This document shows, piece after piece, positions 37,825-45,974 of a stretch of 64,000 nt of DNA (the first letter of the stretch is position 1; every line of letters starts with the position of its first letter). A program made the position numbers and the translations under genes. The stretch comes from Candidatus Magasanikbacteria bacterium RIFOXYD1_FULL_40_23 (GTDB taxonomy: Bacteria; Patescibacteriota; Patescibacteriia; Magasanikbacterales; GWA2-37-8), in the NCBI GenBank assembly GCA_001783215.1, contig MFRA01000001.1, positions 62,161 through 126,160 on the forward strand. The letters run 5' to 3'. The notes beneath the pieces were generated by a model that saw nothing but the letters and a program-made list of their open reading frames with translations, was not told the origin of the DNA and did no database searches.

Positions 37825-38184
37825 TTAGCCAACAATTATGGATCGCTTGACCCGATTTTCCGTAAGGTAATCAATCACTTCGGAAAGGTCTGGGTTGCTG
37901 TTTCGGATATCTCTGAAACGTGTGTTGAGCAGAGACTTTTTTCCAAAGATAGATCTTGCATACGGCAATCCATTTTGGACTATTCTCTTGACGTCGAAAC
38001 GTCTATCTTTGTTCGGCCCTTCGAAGATAACGACAGTTTCGTCATCTTCGACGATTACAGAGCAGCTCCAATCTTCTTCGCCCACCAACAGATGTGGTGG
38101 ACCAGAATCATCTTTGGGCGGTTCAAGTTTTAGCACGAGCAGGTTGATGCTGCGGAGCAAACCCATGATATGTTGTACCGTCAT
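37825..38184 (-). CDS. Orphan protein
   Basis: GGTGAGG SD; promoter TTGAAA-17-TATATT at 38218-38246; hairpin plus U7 at 37771-37795. Confidence 0.65.
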   Translation of the reverse strand: MTVQHIMGLLRSINLLVLKLEPPKDDSGPPHLLVGEEDWSCSVIVEDDETVVIFEGPNKDRRFDVKRIVQNGLPYARSIFGKKSLLNTRFRDIRNSNPDLSEVIDYLTENRVKRSIIVG

Positions 38185-38303
38185 GGTGCCTCACCCTTTG
38201 GTTGTTTAGTATAGACGAATATACCACCAAACCTTTATTTTTTCAAGCTAAATTTACAACGTCACTCTTTAGCGGATGTTGCGTGGTATAACTTAATTAA
38301 GTC

Positions 38304-38353
38304 AAAAAAAAGACCTCGTATTGAAGTTGCCTTGGGGGCTATTCAATACGAGG
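38304..38353 (-). terminator. Terminator of 38403-38798
   Basis: cctcgtattgaa/ttcaatacgagg stem followed by U8 on the - strand. Confidence 0.75.
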
Positions 38354-38402
38354 CTGAACGTCTTGGTCTGCTTTGCGACTGATGTCGCTGGTAGAACCTA
38401 GT

Positions 38403-38798
38403 CTACTGCTGAGCGGTGTTGCGGGGGTACAAGTAGATGTAGCACCCCGTGTCGTGCGAGTCGACCGCGTAGCCGGTCTGGTCCTTCTCGGCCTCGAGGC
38501 GGAGCTCGACGTTGGTCGGCAGGCTGCGGACGATCGCGTTGATCTCCTTGTTGGCCTTGGCGCAGGGGATGCGGCCGAGGCGAGCGCGGAGCTCGAGGTC
38601 CTGGATCTCCTTGATCGCGGCCTTGAGCTGCTTCTTGCTGATGCTCTTGGCAGCCGCGGCGCGCACGGGCTTCTTCTCGTTGGTGTCGTTCGCCTTCGAG
38701 ACGAAGCCGGCGTCGGCGTGGGCCGTGCTGATGCCGAGGTCGAACAGGGCGATGAAGCCGACGGTCAGGGCGATGGCGATGATGGCGATGCGGGTCAT
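38403..38798 (-). CDS. Very high-GC3 secreted orphan protein
   Basis: First 32 codons all end in G/C; signal peptide ending TAHA-D; GAGGAG SD; promoter TTGACA-17-TATAGT at 38946-38974. Confidence 0.8.
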   Translation of the reverse strand: MTRIAIIAIALTVGFIALFDLGISTAHADAGFVSKANDTNEKKPVRAAAAKSISKKQLKAAIKEIQDLELRARLGRIPCAKANKEINAIVRSLPTNVELRLEAEKDQTGYAVDSHDTGCYIYLYPRNTAQQ

Positions 38799-38858
38799 GG
38801 GACTCTCCTCGGTAACGGGTTCGTAACGTTAACTGCTTGCCGGCGCACAAAGGTGTGC

Positions 38859-38913
38859 TTTTGTGCCGGGGAAGTGAAAGTGTAGCCTCTACACTCCCTT
38901 TTCCCTGGCAAAA
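38859..38913 (-). promoter_or_regulatory. Shared 5' leader hairpin, copy 2
   Basis: uuuugccagggaaaag...uuccccggcacaaaa. Confidence 0.65.
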
Positions 38914-39040
38914 CGCAAACAGTTATTATTAAAGATCAACAGACAACTATACCATAAAACTAGGACTTTGTCAAGGGGTTGATTTGGCGAAATCACGTCG
39001 CGTAGCGTCCATTGAACGCGACGTTTGGCTAATTTTAGGC

Positions 39041-39083
39041 AAAAAAACAGCGCTACCTACACCTAGTTGGTGAGTGGTAGCGC
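39041..39083 (-). terminator. Terminator of 39116-39529
   Basis: gcgctacc/ggtagcgc stem followed by U7 on the - strand. Confidence 0.7.
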
Positions 39084-39115
39084 CTGCGTTGGTACGGCTC
39101 TAGTCGCAGTTGCGA

Positions 39116-39529
39116 CTATGGCCAGATAAGTGGAATGTCCATGCTGGGGTAGATGGCCTCCAGGGTGTAGAGGTCCATGTCCATCACGGACAGGTACCAC
39201 TCGAAGTCGAAGAGTTCGACGGAAGTCGTGGGAGGGTTAGCATCCCACCAAGCACAGTTGCCAAACCGCCACCTTCGCAGAGCTTCGTAGTACTCCGCTT
39301 CCAGCTCGACAAGCTTGTCTCGACAAGCTTGGCTAGTCGTGCCGCCGATATAGCGACAGGTAAGCTTTGGGTATTGGAGCTGGCTCTCGGCGAGGGTGTA
39401 TCGCTGCTTCAGCTTCTTGCACGTATCGTAGTCGTACGTGCCCGAGGGTGGCGTATCGGCATAGGCCGTGCCGACGTTCGGCAGCAGCATGCCCAGAGCA
39501 ATACACATCGCGATCAGGATCTTCACCAT
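39116..39529 (-). CDS. GC-rich secreted orphan protein with four Cys in the mature part
   Basis: Signal peptide ending TAYA-D; GGAG SD; promoter TTGACA-17-TAAGAT at 39653-39681. Confidence 0.75.
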   Translation of the reverse strand: MVKILIAMCIALGMLLPNVGTAYADTPPSGTYDYDTCKKLKQRYTLAESQLQYPKLTCRYIGGTTSQACRDKLVELEAEYYEALRRWRFGNCAWWDANPPTTSVELFDFEWYLSVMDMDLYTLEAIYPSMDIPLIWP

Positions 39530-39564
39530 TTCTCTGTCTCTCCAATTTCTTCTGTGACGGTTGA

Positions 39565-39619
39565 TTTTTACCAAGACGAAAGAAGCTACGAATTTCGCAT
39601 ATTCTTTTATCTCGGTAAA
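39565..39619 (-). promoter_or_regulatory. Shared 5' leader hairpin, copy 3 (covariant)
   Basis: uuuaccgagauaaaagaauaugcgaaauucguagcuucuuucgucuugguaaaaa. Confidence 0.5.
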
Positions 39620-39700
39620 GAGCAGACCGCTTGGTTAAATGAGCGATTCGCCATCTTATATTAAAAAATGCCTTTTGTCAATAGTCGGACTAGTAGATCA

Positions 39701-39971
39701 TTTTCAAAAATCCTTGATTTTACTTTGATTTACATGTAAAATAATCGCGTTCTTACCATTTTGTATAGCTTAACCACTTCGCGTATGGAACAGGAATAAT
39801 TACAAAATCTTCCAGTCGTGATTACCAGATTTTGTCCTTTAAAATCATCGAAAGTTTTGGTGCTTCTATTGCAGTACCAGTGGTAAGATTTGTTCTAATC
39901 GGTCAATACTTTGATAAAAAATATAACTTATAACCGTTGTTTACTGTTATAGCCTTTGTGCTGGCCGCTGC
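39701..39971 (+). pseudogene. Degenerate duplicate of the atp promoter and 5' part of atpI
   Basis: Direct repeat of 43361-43631; ATG 39785 is followed by an in-frame TAA at 39797. Confidence 0.88.
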
Positions 39972-40023
39972 CACCACTCAAAACGCAAAAAAACTATTTA
40001 GTAAAATGATGTTATAATTAAGT

Positions 40024-40854
40024 ATGAATGAAATAAAACACGGAATGGATCCGGAGACTGCTCGAGAAGAGGGAAGAAAATCTGTTCGTGAAACGCTAGC
40101 GCATACGTTAGGGTTTATTGCTCAGCGCATAGATGCGGAAGGGTTAGATTCGCTAGAGGACGATGCGGTTAAAGCTTTGTGTAGTTATAGAATGGGAGAT
40201 GCGCTTAGGGTGGAAGTTGAGATTCCAAAATCAATAAGGAAGTTTTTTGCAGAACGAAAAGATTTTTCCGTTTTAAAAAAAGTTTTAGAAGACACAACCG
40301 AAACGATGAATAAAATTATCTCCAATCCCGATATCTTTGTTACTGGTACTTCTGATTCAGAAGAACAGAAAATAATTAATAAACAACTTGTTACAGAACG
40401 CGACCAGGCTGAAAGTTTGTATAGAGTATTGGTTTGGAAAGCTGTGCTGCACCATCTTGCTCCTACAGATATTGCTGGTTTTACAGAATTTTGTGAATGT
40501 ATAGAGCGTTATGATGCAATGCTTGTGTCGCGAGGTATAACACGTAAGGCAGCCTCTAGCTTGCTTGGAAACCGCTTTTTCTTATTGGAAAAATCGCAAA
40601 GTTGGGTAGAAAAATTGTCGCACCCGGAAGGTGCGAAAAATCGGCCATTTTCTGAAGCTGAACCGAACTTAGAGAGTGTGAGCAACTATATTGTTGATGG
40701 TAATTCCGCTGAATGGGTCGAGGGCTATGCCGCTCAGAATGTTCAATTTAAAACAGATTTAATAGAAAAGATCCATTCTTTTATAGATATTAATGAAGAG
40801 GTAAGTGTACGGGCTAGTGAATGGTTAAAAAATCAGCAGTCGCTAGAAAATTAA
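40024..40854 (+). CDS. Hypothetical helical protein
   Basis: 276-aa ORF; TATAAT 5 bp before the ATG (leaderless-like). Confidence 0.7.
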   Translation: MNEIKHGMDPETAREEGRKSVRETLAHTLGFIAQRIDAEGLDSLEDDAVKALCSYRMGDALRVEVEIPKSIRKFFAERKDFSVLKKVLEDTTETMNKIISNPDIFVTGTSDSEEQKIINKQLVTERDQAESLYRVLVWKAVLHHLAPTDIAGFTEFCECIERYDAMLVSRGITRKAASSLLGNRFFLLEKSQSWVEKLSHPEGAKNRPFSEAEPNLESVSNYIVDGNSAEWVEGYAAQNVQFKTDLIEKIHSFIDINEEVSVRASEWLKNQQSLEN

Positions 40855-40858
40855 ATAA

Positions 40859-41806
40859 TTAGTTTGTTATATCATCTTCTTTATCAAAAGAAAATTGACC
40901 ATCAGGACAGTTGAAAAGTTTATCAAATAGTAGGCGGGGATCAGGGTATTTTGTTATTACACTATGGAAGGCTTGTGCAATCTCATTCCCTCCATCATTT
41001 TCTGCACTTTGCTCTCCAGCAGTATGGTTTGAAGGAAGCAGGTCTTCAAATTCCTCTAACTGACGTAGCGTTTCGGTAGACAACTCCGGCGGGTAATGTA
41101 TGTTATAATCATATAGTCTCTGGCTAGCGGCAAAGCTTTCCATTGCGTCTTCGGGAGATTCGCCCGGTTCAAGGTTTATTGTAGCGGTTATATTTCCGTT
41201 TTTTACCGCTTGGGTTGATTTATTATCTGCAATTATTTCCAATTCTTTACGGCGTGCTTCTGGAACAAGTTTCATGTAGTGTGCGGGAATCTCAACGCTA
41301 GAAGCGTACTGCACTATTTGATTTTCTAAAAAAATAACAAATGTATCGCGAGCTACAGTCAAAATATCTTTATTATTACTACGGTATTCTAGGAGTAAAT
41401 ATGCCCTTTGAGGCAGTAGCTGTTCTACTATTACCGATAAGGCAGTACGCTGAAATCCGGGAAGTTTTTCCCATATTCCTTTTAGTGCAGCTTCATTTAT
41501 TTTAATTTTTTCGATCGGGGTCCAGTCTGGATTAAAGTTGTTTCGTACACCCTCGAGACTATATAATAGTAACATAGCTACAAAAGCCGGTAAATCTCTT
41601 GCGGTGGCCATTAAATTTTTATCCTCTAGTACTCGTAAGTATTGTGCTTCGGCAGGGGTTAGTGGTTTTTGGTTTTCTACAGCAAGCATCTTTTCGTATT
41701 CATCAACTAAACTGTTGTAAGCTTTTTTTGACTCTGGAGATAGGATAAGTTCTAAGGATGGTTCATCGGCCGTCAGTGCGTCAAAATGGTGTCTTTGATT
41801 ATCCAT
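40859..41806 (-). CDS. Hypothetical acidic protein
   Basis: 315-aa ORF, host-like AT content, no SD. Confidence 0.7.
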   Translation of the reverse strand: MDNQRHHFDALTADEPSLELILSPESKKAYNSLVDEYEKMLAVENQKPLTPAEAQYLRVLEDKNLMATARDLPAFVAMLLLYSLEGVRNNFNPDWTPIEKIKINEAALKGIWEKLPGFQRTALSVIVEQLLPQRAYLLLEYRSNNKDILTVARDTFVIFLENQIVQYASSVEIPAHYMKLVPEARRKELEIIADNKSTQAVKNGNITATINLEPGESPEDAMESFAASQRLYDYNIHYPPELSTETLRQLEEFEDLLPSNHTAGEQSAENDGGNEIAQAFHSVITKYPDPRLLFDKLFNCPDGQFSFDKEDDITN

Positions 41807-41960
41807 AAATCAAATTTAATTTAAAAACTTATTAATATACTAACATCTTAATTCTAAGACAGTCAATTCAAGCTTTTATTTAGTTGATTTTTCTATTAAA
41901 AAGGGCTAAACTTTCCATGTCCCCACCTTTAATTTATAAGATTTTATTTAATATAATAGT

Positions 41961-42440
41961 ATGGCCGAGCATTTTGAAGGCGGTTATCATTCAAAAGAAG
42001 AACCGACAACAGTCGAAGTAGATCAAGACGAAGAATGGAAGTTTGCTTCGGCCCCAGCCGTTATTGAAACAACAGGGCTTGGTCCTTGCTTTGGTATAAT
42101 TATTTATGATCCCGAAAGCAAGTCTGCCTTTCTCGGGCATTTTGTTGACCCCCGTACAAATGGTTTTGATGGCATGCTAGCAGAAGCTAAAAAACATTTC
42201 AAAGATTTTACCAATTTGCAGGCATATGTTGGTGGAGGTGAACCAAATCCCGACGATGCTCCCTATTTTAAAGAAGACAAAGCCAAAAGAACCTTTGTAA
42301 AAAACAAGTTACTTCAAAGCGGGTTTAACAAGGAGAAGCTCAAAATTAAATATCAGGACTCAAACCAAAGTACGATTTTAAGAATTGATACGGTTACTGG
42401 AAACGTAGATTGGGACACCGAAGACGAGGATAACTATTGA
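41961..42440 (+). CDS. CheD-like (glutamine deamidase fold) protein
   Basis: ETTGLGPCFGIIIYDP....LGHF matches the CheD T-x-LGSC-V-x-YDP...H pattern; YVGGG. Confidence 0.6.
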   Translation: MAEHFEGGYHSKEEPTTVEVDQDEEWKFASAPAVIETTGLGPCFGIIIYDPESKSAFLGHFVDPRTNGFDGMLAEAKKHFKDFTNLQAYVGGGEPNPDDAPYFKEDKAKRTFVKNKLLQSGFNKEKLKIKYQDSNQSTILRIDTVTGNVDWDTEDEDNY

Positions 42441-42501
42441 CACCTCTTAAATGTTCCACTACCCAGAATAAACGATTTTTTATTATTTAAATTTTATTTA
42501 T

Positions 42502-43341
42502 ATGGGAGAACGAAGGAAAAACCCCTCAGAAGCAGTGGGTGCTGGTAAAAAAGAAAAACATGAATTTAAGTTTAAGGAATTAAGCGAGGAAGAAAGATAT
42601 GATGAAGCGAAAAAAAACGCTCGTATGGTTCTCAAAGAACTTGCTCCGGCAGGTTCTACCGATGATACTCAGGTGGCATATCACTGGAACGAACACGACT
42701 TTGATTCCAATCCGAAAATAGCAACTATTGGAGAATTGCGTATAATGATAGAGCACATGGAAGATTGTAATGCGGGAGGGCCAGGGTATCCTGGTATGCG
42801 TTTTACTATTTCTCATTTAAGTGTGGGGGATGAATTTGTAAGGCGTGAACGCGTGGTATCTTTTTGTCGTGAGGCTAGGTTAAAAAATTTATCCAAATGG
42901 GGTCCGTTAGAAGACGACGCTGTTATTTGGGTAACCACCACGAAACGCCCGCAACCAAGGAAAACAATAGTGAGAGAGTGGTTGGGAATGTTGGGAAAAT
43001 TAGATTACGCTGCTGCAGAAGCAGATAACGAAATGGGAGGGGAACACATTGTTTCTATTGATCCAAATTTTGATCCAAAAAAATGGGACGAGGAAAACCG
43101 TAGAGAACAGGTTGGAATGATACAAAAGGTAATTGATGCTGTAGAAAACCGGGGCCGATTGTTAGAAGGGTTAGAAGCAAGAAAAGACAAGTCTCTAGTA
43201 CGCCTTTTTTTTCCTAAGACTGGCGAGAGTATCACTCTAACGCCTAAAAAAATGCGTTTACATATTCAGTCATTATCACGTGGTGTTCTTGAAGACCAGG
43301 AGCCAATTTTTACCGACGTCTATGCATCTGAGGATAATTAA
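42502..43341 (+). CDS. Hypothetical protein
   Basis: 279-aa ORF with charged N-terminus. Confidence 0.7.
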   Translation: MGERRKNPSEAVGAGKKEKHEFKFKELSEEERYDEAKKNARMVLKELAPAGSTDDTQVAYHWNEHDFDSNPKIATIGELRIMIEHMEDCNAGGPGYPGMRFTISHLSVGDEFVRRERVVSFCREARLKNLSKWGPLEDDAVIWVTTTKRPQPRKTIVREWLGMLGKLDYAAAEADNEMGGEHIVSIDPNFDPKKWDEENRREQVGMIQKVIDAVENRGRLLEGLEARKDKSLVRLFFPKTGESITLTPKKMRLHIQSLSRGVLEDQEPIFTDVYASEDN

Positions 43342-43372
43342 TTTTTACCAAAGGCATTATTTTTCAAAAACC

Positions 43373-43401
43373 TTGACTTTTCTAGGATTTATATGTAAAA
43401 T
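43373..43401 (+). promoter_or_regulatory. atp operon promoter
   Basis: TTGACT-17 bp-TAAAAT. Confidence 0.7.
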
Positions 43402-43443
43402 AGTCGCGTTCTTACCGTTTTATATAGATTCGTTACTTAACGT

Positions 43444-43719
43444 ATGGAACCGCAAAACCCACAAAAATCTTCCGGCCGTGATTACCAGATATTGGCCTTC
43501 AAAATCATCGGAAGTTTTGGTGCTTCTATCGCAGTGCCGGTAGTAGGATTTGTTCTAATCGGTCAATACTTTGATAAAAAATATAGCTTGTCACCGCTGT
43601 TTACTATATTAGCCTTTGTGCTGGCCGCTGCAATTTCTGCAAAGATAATCCACAAACAAGCAAAAAGTTTTGGCGCAGAATACAAAAGGTTAAATGATGC
43701 TGGAAAGATAATCAAGTAA
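43444..43719 (+). CDS. atpI: AtpZ/AtpI family protein
   Basis: Two TM segments, IGQYFDKKY; first gene of the atp operon. Confidence 0.75.
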   Translation: MEPQNPQKSSGRDYQILAFKIIGSFGASIAVPVVGFVLIGQYFDKKYSLSPLFTILAFVLAAAISAKIIHKQAKSFGAEYKRLNDAGKIIK

Positions 43720-43723
43720 ATTT

Positions 43724-44518
43724 ATGTCAGAAATACACATTCCAACTCTGGCTCCGGAAACAATATTTCATATTGGCAAGTTTCCGATTACCAACACTAT
43801 GGTAAATGTCTGGTTGGCTATTGCGTTATTTTTAATCCTAGGACTATTTTTACGAAAACAAATAAAACTCAAACCAGGAAAAACTCAAAACTTTATAGAA
43901 TATTTCTTAGAAAAACTTTTTGTATATTTTGACCAGGTAACCGGAAGCCGCAAAAAAACAATGCAGTTTCTGCCAATTACCGGGTCAATTTTTTTCTTTA
44001 TATTATTATCTAACTGGTTAGGCTTACTCCCTGGTACCGGTAGTATTTTTGTTGGAGAAGCGCCACTACTTCGTCCAGCAAATACAGATTTAAATCTTAC
44101 CGTGGCTATGGCACTTGTCTCTGTTATTTCCTCACACCTGTTTGGATTATTTAGCGTAGGTGTATTTACACACTTAAATAAATTTATTCAGATTGGTACA
44201 TTTTTCAAGAGTCTTACCAAAGGTCCGATTGCAATTTTTACAGCTATTATAGAATTAGTGGTAGGTCTTATCGAAATTATTAGTGAAATGGCCAAAGTGT
44301 TGTCTTTATCTCTCAGATTATTTGGAAATATTTTTGCCGGAGAAGTTCTTATTACTGTAATCAGTAGTATTGCGGTGGCAATTGTGCCGGCTCCATTTAT
44401 GATGCTAGAGCTTTTGGTAGGTTTAATTCAGGCCAGCGTATTTACAATGCTTACACTTGTATACCTAACTGTTTTAACTACCAAACCACATGGAAGTCAT
44501 GACGAAGAAAAACATTAA
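43724..44518 (+). CDS. atpB: ATP synthase Fo subunit a
   Basis: NWLGLLPG, SLSLRLFGNIFAGE, IQASVFTML. Confidence 0.96.
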   Translation: MSEIHIPTLAPETIFHIGKFPITNTMVNVWLAIALFLILGLFLRKQIKLKPGKTQNFIEYFLEKLFVYFDQVTGSRKKTMQFLPITGSIFFFILLSNWLGLLPGTGSIFVGEAPLLRPANTDLNLTVAMALVSVISSHLFGLFSVGVFTHLNKFIQIGTFFKSLTKGPIAIFTAIIELVVGLIEIISEMAKVLSLSLRLFGNIFAGEVLITVISSIAVAIVPAPFMMLELLVGLIQASVFTMLTLVYLTVLTTKPHGSHDEEKH

Positions 44519-44640
44519 GTAGTTTGTTTAGTTAGTTAGCCCCCGGGTTAGTTAACTAATAGTCTAATTAATTAAGATGTCGCTCCGCGAGGTAAAACCC
44601 AAACCCCCTCGACCGGATTTGATATCAGAAAGGTAAAAAT

Positions 44641-44862
44641 ATGGAACATGAGTCCATCGTAGTTTTGGCCAAGGGTCTTACCATGGCTATCGGCGGTTTT
44701 GCTCCAGCTCTTGCTATCGGCAGTTTGGTAGCCAAGGCCATGGAAGCTATCGGTCGCAACCCAGAAGCATCCGACAAATTGTTTGTACCGATGTTGCTTG
44801 GTGCAGCTTTTGCTGAAGCTATTGCTATTTACGCATTGGTTGTAGTATTTACTTTGAAATAA
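44641..44862 (+). CDS. atpE: ATP synthase Fo subunit c
   Basis: IGRNPEA loop, FAEAIAIY. Confidence 0.96.
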   Translation: MEHESIVVLAKGLTMAIGGFAPALAIGSLVAKAMEAIGRNPEASDKLFVPMLLGAAFAEAIAIYALVVVFTLK

Positions 44863-45005
44863 AAAGTTATTTTATATTGGATGGGTCTTTCGTTTTTTTA
44901 AGGCCCAACCCAACGAAATAATTTTTTGAATCAAGAAGCGCGAATTATGGAGTATGGGAATAAAACAACCATGATTCATAATTCTTAATTCATAATTCTA
45001 GTTAT

Positions 45006-45563
45006 ATGTTTACTAATATTGCACACGCCTCCGAAGTAGCCAAAGAAACTGCCGAAGCCACCGCCGAAAGTGGAGTTTTGGCATCTCTTGGAATTAACGG
45101 TACATTGTTTATATTCCAGCTTGTAAACTTTGCTTTGGTAGCGCTTATACTTTGGTTTTTAATTTTAAAACCACTTACCAAAAAGATGGCCGAGAGACAA
45201 AAAATGATTGATGACAGTATAGATAATGCAAAAAAGATAGAAACTAATTTGGGAGCAAGTGAAAAGAAGTATCAAGAAAAAATAGATCAAGCCAAAGTTG
45301 ATGCCAATAAAATAATTGAAAAGGCTAGTTTGGAATCATTGGCAGTTGCTGAAGTGGCGAAAGAAAAAACCAGAAAAGAAATAGAGCAATTGGTAGAAAC
45401 TGCTAGAAAAAATATTAAAACCGAAAGAGAAGAATCTATAAACGAAATAAAAGAACAAACTGCCAGTTTGGTAGTGGCTGCGGCCGAAAAGATTTTGGGT
45501 ACTAAAGTAGATGCGTCCAAAGATGAAAAAATAATTGATGAAGCTGTAAAAAGCATGAAATAA
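45006..45563 (+). CDS. atpF: ATP synthase Fo subunit b
   Basis: FQLVNF TM followed by coiled coil. Confidence 0.92.
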   Translation: MFTNIAHASEVAKETAEATAESGVLASLGINGTLFIFQLVNFALVALILWFLILKPLTKKMAERQKMIDDSIDNAKKIETNLGASEKKYQEKIDQAKVDANKIIEKASLESLAVAEVAKEKTRKEIEQLVETARKNIKTEREESINEIKEQTASLVVAAAEKILGTKVDASKDEKIIDEAVKSMK

Positions 45564-45573
45564 ATTTATAAAT

Positions 45574-45963
45574 GTGAAAAAGCAAAGTAATTTACAATTT
45601 GCCAAAGCGCTTTATCAGGTCACCAAAGACTTGCCAAAGGATAAGCTCCCAGAAGTAATAAGGCAATTTTTTGTTATTTTGCAAAAATATAATAAGCTTA
45701 AAAAAATAGATTATATAGTAGAAGAGTTTGAAAGGTATTCCAAAAAACAATCAGGCATAAAAACAATAGAGATAGAAACGGTAGTCAAGCTAGATGGTAA
45801 GATAAAAAATAAAATAGAAAAAGTATTCGGAGAAGATTCGGAAATAACAGAAAAGATAAACAAAGAAATGCTCGGTGGAATAAAAATAAAAGTGGATGAC
45901 ACGGTCTACGACGCAAGCCTAAAGACGCAGTTAAATAAATTAAAACAATTTTTACAAGCTTAA
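45574..45963 (+). CDS. atpH: ATP synthase F1 delta (short)
   Basis: [17 protein letters not shown]; GTG start. Confidence 0.88.
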   Translation: MKKQSNLQFAKALYQVTKDLPKDKLPEVIRQFFVILQKYNKLKKIDYIVEEFERYSKKQSGIKTIEIETVVKLDGKIKNKIEKVFGEDSEITEKINKEMLGGIKIKVDDTVYDASLKTQLNKLKQFLQA

Positions 45964-45974
45964 TTAAAACCTTT

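Noticed and set aside
38373-39664. Plus-strand and alternate-frame ORFs (38373-38885, 38398-38850, 39110-39664; also 29562-29939)
   Set aside because: Shadow ORFs caused by high GC3 of the real minus-strand genes; no SD or promoter
36061-39681. Classical integron or prophage
   Set aside because: No tyrosine integrase, attC core sites or phage genes; each unit has its own promoter
44641-44862. Na+-translocating ATP synthase
   Set aside because: The c subunit has E-A-I rather than the Q...E-S/T sodium-binding signature
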